A DNA stretch of 64,000 bases from an uncultured Verrucomicrobiae bacterium (GTDB lineage: Bacteria > Verrucomicrobiota > Verrucomicrobiia > Chthoniobacterales > UBA10450): NCBI GenBank assembly GCA_963834385.1, contig CAWIBO010000002.1:1-64000 (forward strand). Direction: 5' to 3'. Below the pieces are notes generated by a model. That model made no database searches. It had not been told where the DNA came from and saw only the letters and a program-made list of their open reading frames with translations. Positions 60,002 to 64,000 of the stretch are shown here, in pieces (the stretch's first letter is position 1; the number at the start of each line of letters is the position of its first letter). The position numbers were made by a program, and so were the translations under genes.

Positions 60002-61831
60002 CTAACCGAAGATCACGAGATGAATTTCCTGGGGCAGATCGGCGGCCACGTTCGTGACCACGCTGCCGCGCAGGAGCTTGGTCATGGCGTTCCGCTGGGA
60101 AGCGCCAATGATGAGGTAATCGACCCCCATGGTCGCGGAAAGATCGAGAATCGTGGCGGCCGCGTTCTCGCTCACGGCGTAGACGGGCAGGACGCTGACG
60201 CCGCGTTCCTCGCCCATCTTCAGCATGGCCGTCATAATGGCGTTGGCCTCGGGATCGTCCTGCCAGCGGGCGCCCCGGGCCAGGACGGAAGGAGCGGCTG
60301 AGAAATAGACCGCCACTTCCTTCACGAAAAGGACGCAAAGCACCGCTTTCCGTAGTTGCGCCTCGTCGAGGGCAAACCCTAGGACCGGGGTGATGCCGCG
60401 GGCCGCGACCATGATCTTCTGGCCCTCGGCGAAGCGGGGCTGGAGGGCGGTCGGCAGCTCCGGGGTCACCATCTCGGCCACGCCGCGCGTGACCGTGACG
60501 GTCTTGAGCCCGGAAAGTTTGTGTGAATAGGCGCGCATGGCGTAGCCGCCGCCCAGGACGCAGATGGCAAAGAAAAGCGCATCCGGCTTGGTTTTGGCGA
60601 TGGTCAGTTCCACCGCGGCCAGGACCAGGAAGGTCAGGCCCATGATGACCCGCTGCGGCCATTTCAGGTCGAGGTGTTTGTTGAAGGTGCAGGCGCCGAG
60701 ATTGACCGCGATGGCTCCGACCACGCCGATGGCATAAAGACCGGCCAGACCCTCGAACTCCTTGGTCACGGCGAGGATGAGAATGGGAATGCCTATCGCG
60801 ATATAAAGCGGAAGAGTCGGCACGCCATGGCGGTTCAGGCGGGTGAGTTGCCGCGGCATCTCGCCATCCTGCGCCATCATGTAGATGACGCCGATCAGTG
60901 CCACCACCGCGGTGTTGACCGCGCTGAAAAGGAGCAGGCCGAAAACGGCGCCGACGACAAAGCCGAGCCCATGCCCGACCGCGGCTCCGCCCAGCAATCC
61001 ACCGTAGTGCTCGGCGAGGAAACGGAGCATGTCCTCCTTGTGCGAGGCGAGGACGCCGGAAAGACTCGTTGGGATCGACAACATGGCCCAGCCGAGCAAA
61101 ATCGTGCCGAGAACAACCTCGACCGCGACCGGCACGATGGCTTTGGTGGCGGTCTTTTTGACCGTCGGCTTCGCGGGATCGGAGCCGGCATCCGGTTTCA
61201 TGACCCCGGTGATGTTGGCCACCGCCTCGACGCCGCTCAGGGCCAGGATCACGCCGACGAACGCGATCCAGGTCTGGCCCAGGTCGGTGTGGCGCGGCTC
61301 GAAGTATTCCGTGGTCAGGTGAGGCGAGCTGAGAAGGATGATCATGACCACCACCCCGACCGCGGGCAGGGCCAGCCAGAGCGAGACGCTCCCGCTGTGT
61401 TTCGGCCCGAAAAAGTTGATCACCCCGACGATGAGAATCAGAACCATCGTGGCGACCGGCGCGTGACTGGCGGGCACGCCGAAATAACTCACGGCCGCCC
61501 AGCCACTGAGGGCGGCCGTGACCATGAAATTGGCGACGAGGAGGAGCGCGCCGGTCGAGGCCAAAAAGCGGCTTTGCCGGCGGGCAGCCGAATAAACGCC
61601 GCCGCCGTCGGGGAAGTGCGTGCAGACGATGATGTAATTGTAAGCCACCACCGCAGTAAGGATGCAGACCGCGAGAATGATCGGAAATGAGGAGAAGCCG
61701 GCCGCGATAAAGGCCAGGCCGATGACGTAGGCCTTGCTCGTTCCCCAGTCGCCGTAAAGAAGCGCGGCCGCCCGCTTCCAATCGACGTTGCGCGGCCGGT
61801 GGACGCCGGGCTCAGGAATGGGCGTGGCCAT
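60002..61831 (-). CDS. APC-family amino acid permease fused to a C-terminal universal stress protein domain
   Basis: DGGGVYS, ALSGVEAVAN, LYAIGVVG, about 12 TM helices; IIGASQR...LLRGSVVTNV. Confidence 0.85.
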   Translation of the reverse strand: MATPIPEPGVHRPRNVDWKRAAALLYGDWGTSKAYVIGLAFIAAGFSSFPIILAVCILTAVVAYNYIIVCTHFPDGGGVYSAARRQSRFLASTGALLLVANFMVTAALSGWAAVSYFGVPASHAPVATMVLILIVGVINFFGPKHSGSVSLWLALPAVGVVVMIILLSSPHLTTEYFEPRHTDLGQTWIAFVGVILALSGVEAVANITGVMKPDAGSDPAKPTVKKTATKAIVPVAVEVVLGTILLGWAMLSIPTSLSGVLASHKEDMLRFLAEHYGGLLGGAAVGHGLGFVVGAVFGLLLFSAVNTAVVALIGVIYMMAQDGEMPRQLTRLNRHGVPTLPLYIAIGIPILILAVTKEFEGLAGLYAIGVVGAIAVNLGACTFNKHLDLKWPQRVIMGLTFLVLAAVELTIAKTKPDALFFAICVLGGGYAMRAYSHKLSGLKTVTVTRGVAEMVTPELPTALQPRFAEGQKIMVAARGITPVLGFALDEAQLRKAVLCVLFVKEVAVYFSAAPSVLARGARWQDDPEANAIMTAMLKMGEERGVSVLPVYAVSENAAATILDLSATMGVDYLIIGASQRNAMTKLLRGSVVTNVAADLPQEIHLVIFG

Positions 61832-61931
61832 GGTCTAACTCGCGCGCTGGGCGAAAAACGGCCGGGGAACTGCCGGAAAGGCGCTCTGGGAAAGGTGATC
61901 CACTGGAGGAGGCTGGGGTTTTCGCATGAAC

Positions 61932-63005
61932 TCAACCGCGGTGCAAACCAGGGGCAGGCTTGAGCTCGGCCAAAACCTCGATCTCCGCAGTCTGCGGGAA
62001 CATATCGAAGGGAGTGATTGAGCGCGCGACGTAATGTTCGCCCAGGTCCAGAAGATCGCGCGCGAGCGTGGCCGGATTGCAGGAAATGTAAAGCAACGTC
62101 CCGGGCGTCTGGCGCCGGAGGATGTCCCGGACGGCCGGATCGAGGCCCGCCGCCGGCGGATCGACAATGACCGTTGTGTGGGGCAGCGGAGCCGCCCGGA
62201 GGATCTTCTGAAGCTCCGCCGCGACGTCACCCGCATGATATTCCTCGTTCGGCCCTGCCCCCGCCCTGGCGGCCTCCACCGCGAACCGGTCCCAGTCGAT
62301 GCCCACGCCCCGCGCAGCCCGGTCCGCCGCACCGCGGAGGAAGAAGCCGGCGCCGCAGTAGGCGTCGACGAGCAGCTCCTGCCCCTCCGGGATGAGCGAA
62401 CGGACCTGCTCAAGGAGGAGCGCGGCCACCTCATCGTTGGTCTGCTCGAAGACGCGGGGTCCGCCGCCCGCGCGCAAGGTGTAATGGCCGGGCCGCGGCC
62501 GCTCCCGGCGCAGGGCGGAAAGTTTCGCGTTCACCTCCTCCTGCGCAATCGGGCAGCGTTCGATGTCGAGGAGGACGTGCTCCTGCCGGCGGTAAAAGCC
62601 GATGACGCCACCTTCGGAGTGAACGGTGATGCGGTTGCGATAACCGTAGGGGTGCGGGGAGGCCACCATCGGGCGCATGGGCACCTCTGGAAGACGGCCG
62701 AGGCGCTGCAGCGTTTGTTCCACCTGGCGCGCCTTGACCTGCAACTGGCGATCGTAGGCCATGTGCTGGTAACTGCATCCGCCGCAGGCGCCAAAATAGG
62801 GGCAGCCGGGTTCAACCCGGTCGGGCGAAGCCAGGAGCAGCTCCGTCATCTCGGCCTCCGCGAACCGTTTTTTTTCACGCACCACCTGGGCCGAGATTTT
62901 TTCGCCGGTAATGGTCAGGGGCACAAAGACCGTCTTGCCTTCGTGCCGCCCGACACCGGCCCCGCCAAAGGCAATATCGTGAATCTCGAGGGCGATCTTC
63001 TCCAT
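61932..63005 (-). CDS. TRAM-domain RNA m5U methyltransferase (RlmD/TrmA family)
   Basis: CPYFGACGGCSYQH, FEQTN, DAYCGAG, VDPP, YISCNPATLARD, DMFPQTAEIE. Confidence 0.9.
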   Translation of the reverse strand: MEKIALEIHDIAFGGAGVGRHEGKTVFVPLTITGEKISAQVVREKKRFAEAEMTELLLASPDRVEPGCPYFGACGGCSYQHMAYDRQLQVKARQVEQTLQRLGRLPEVPMRPMVASPHPYGYRNRITVHSEGGVIGFYRRQEHVLLDIERCPIAQEEVNAKLSALRRERPRPGHYTLRAGGGPRVFEQTNDEVAALLLEQVRSLIPEGQELLVDAYCGAGFFLRGAADRAARGVGIDWDRFAVEAARAGAGPNEEYHAGDVAAELQKILRAAPLPHTTVIVDPPAAGLDPAVRDILRRQTPGTLLYISCNPATLARDLLDLGEHYVARSITPFDMFPQTAEIEVLAELKPAPGLHRG

Positions 63006-63079
63006 GGCAGCGCCCTCAGGCGGGAGACAAAGCCTGGTCGACCGGCCGAAGAAGGCGAACGGGTGCGCCGGGGAACCCG

Positions 63080-63487
63080 CTAATAATGCCGGGTGTAGGG
63101 ATACTTCGACTCGTAGCCCAGCTCGGGCGGAAACTCCGAGAAACCGGCGTGTTTCCAGTGGGTGTCGCTGGGCAGGATCGGCATGTAGCCGTCGCGATGC
63201 ATCGGGATGGGCCAGAAAAGAAACTCGTAAAGACCGATGCCGAACCGGGCCACGGTCCGCCGGATGCCGCGGACAACCCCGTAGGAGGCCGCGGCAGCGT
63301 TGCCTTCGCGGTCATTGATGTAGGCAATCTGGTGCGGGATCTCGGTCGCGCCCATGAACATGTTGGACACGCCACGGCTGAATTTGCGCGTTGGTCCGTA
63401 ATCGTTCCCCGGCGGATCGTGGATATCGGCCCGGGCAAAGGCGAGCAGGAGGAGGCTGGAGGCGAAAGCGACGGCAAAAGTCTTCAT
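63080..63487 (-). CDS. Exosortase system-associated protein (TIGR04073-like)
   Basis: Signal peptide; GPTRKFSRGVSNMF..TEIP...G....R...GLYEFL.WPIP. Confidence 0.72.
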   Translation of the reverse strand: MKTFAVAFASSLLLLAFARADIHDPPGNDYGPTRKFSRGVSNMFMGATEIPHQIAYINDREGNAAAASYGVVRGIRRTVARFGIGLYEFLFWPIPMHRDGYMPILPSDTHWKHAGFSEFPPELGYESKYPYTRHY

Positions 63488-63503
63488 ACGCGTTCCCGAA
63501 ACT

Positions 63504-64000
63504 CTAGGTAATCGGGGGGATGGGGGCAATCTCCGATTTTGTCTCGGGCGAAAGGGGGGGCTGGCCGCGGGTGGCCCGGAGCGAAATGAAGATGGTCACG
63601 CTGAGAACGGAAATGATGAAGGCCAGGGAAGCCCAGTTCGGCAGGTGATAAATGTCGCCGATCAACATTTTGATGCCGACGAAGGAGAGGACAATGGCGA
63701 GACCCGTCTTCAGGTAAACGAACCGGTCGATGATGTGGGCCAGCAGAAAGTAAAGGGAACGCAGGCCGAGGATGGCGCAGACGTTGGAGGTATAAATGAT
63801 GAACTCGTTCTGGGTGATGGCAAAGACCGCCGGGATGGAGTCGACCGCAAAGACCAGGTCCATGGTCTCGATGACAACGAGGACAAGCGCGAGCGGGGTC
63901 AGCATCCAGCGGCCCTGTTGTTTCACAATGAACTGCTGCTCGTGATACTCCGGGGTGATGCGCATCCATCTCCGGCAAAGCCGCAGGACGAAATTGCTTT
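63504..64000 (-). CDS. TerC-family membrane protein (5' end outside the window)
   Basis: TPL...IETMDLVFAVDSIPAVFAIT...YTSNVCAILGLRSLYF. Confidence 0.93.
   Translation of the reverse strand, partial: SNFVLRLCRRWMRITPEYHEQQFIVKQQGRWMLTPLALVLVVIETMDLVFAVDSIPAVFAITQNEFIIYTSNVCAILGLRSLYFLLAHIIDRFVYLKTGLAIVLSFVGIKMLIGDIYHLPNWASLAFIISVLSVTIFISLRATRGQPPLSPETKSEIAPIPPIT

Overview
This is a GC-rich bacterial chromosomal window. Gene content (PEP-CTERM protein, TIGR04073-like protein, tandem GspE/PilB ATPases, repeat style) suggests Verrucomicrobiota, probably Chthoniobacterales; this is an inference. Most of it is housekeeping: rplS, trxA, rimO-rodZ-ftsK, dapF-dapA-dapB-folK-panB, glmS, glgC, lpxD, fba, parA, serA, an RlmD-like methyltransferase, tRNA-Arg(CCG) and tRNA-Ala(CGC). 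The most unusual region is 43.3-53.8 kb. On the minus strand, a sigma54-type promoter precedes a FabF-fold ketosynthase whose two catalytic histidines are replaced (Cys/Tyr/Asn), followed by two paralogous GAF-PAS histidine kinases. On the plus strand, a REC-kinase hybrid is followed by an orphan small-LanB/PEARL-like enzyme with no elimination domain and no visible precursor peptide, overlapping parA. Other points of interest are a radical SAM plus DUF4130-UdgX DNA-processing pair, three small ORFs missing or mis-started in the ORF track, and intergenic spaces filled with shuffled modular repeats (REP-like hairpins and 6-, 7- and 9-mer tandems). The pilus/T2SS block at 30.4-34.3 kb has many indels and a doubled pilC start, most likely a consensus artefact. 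Isolated frameshifts elsewhere also look like sequencing errors. All family calls come from motif recognition by eye; no database search was run.
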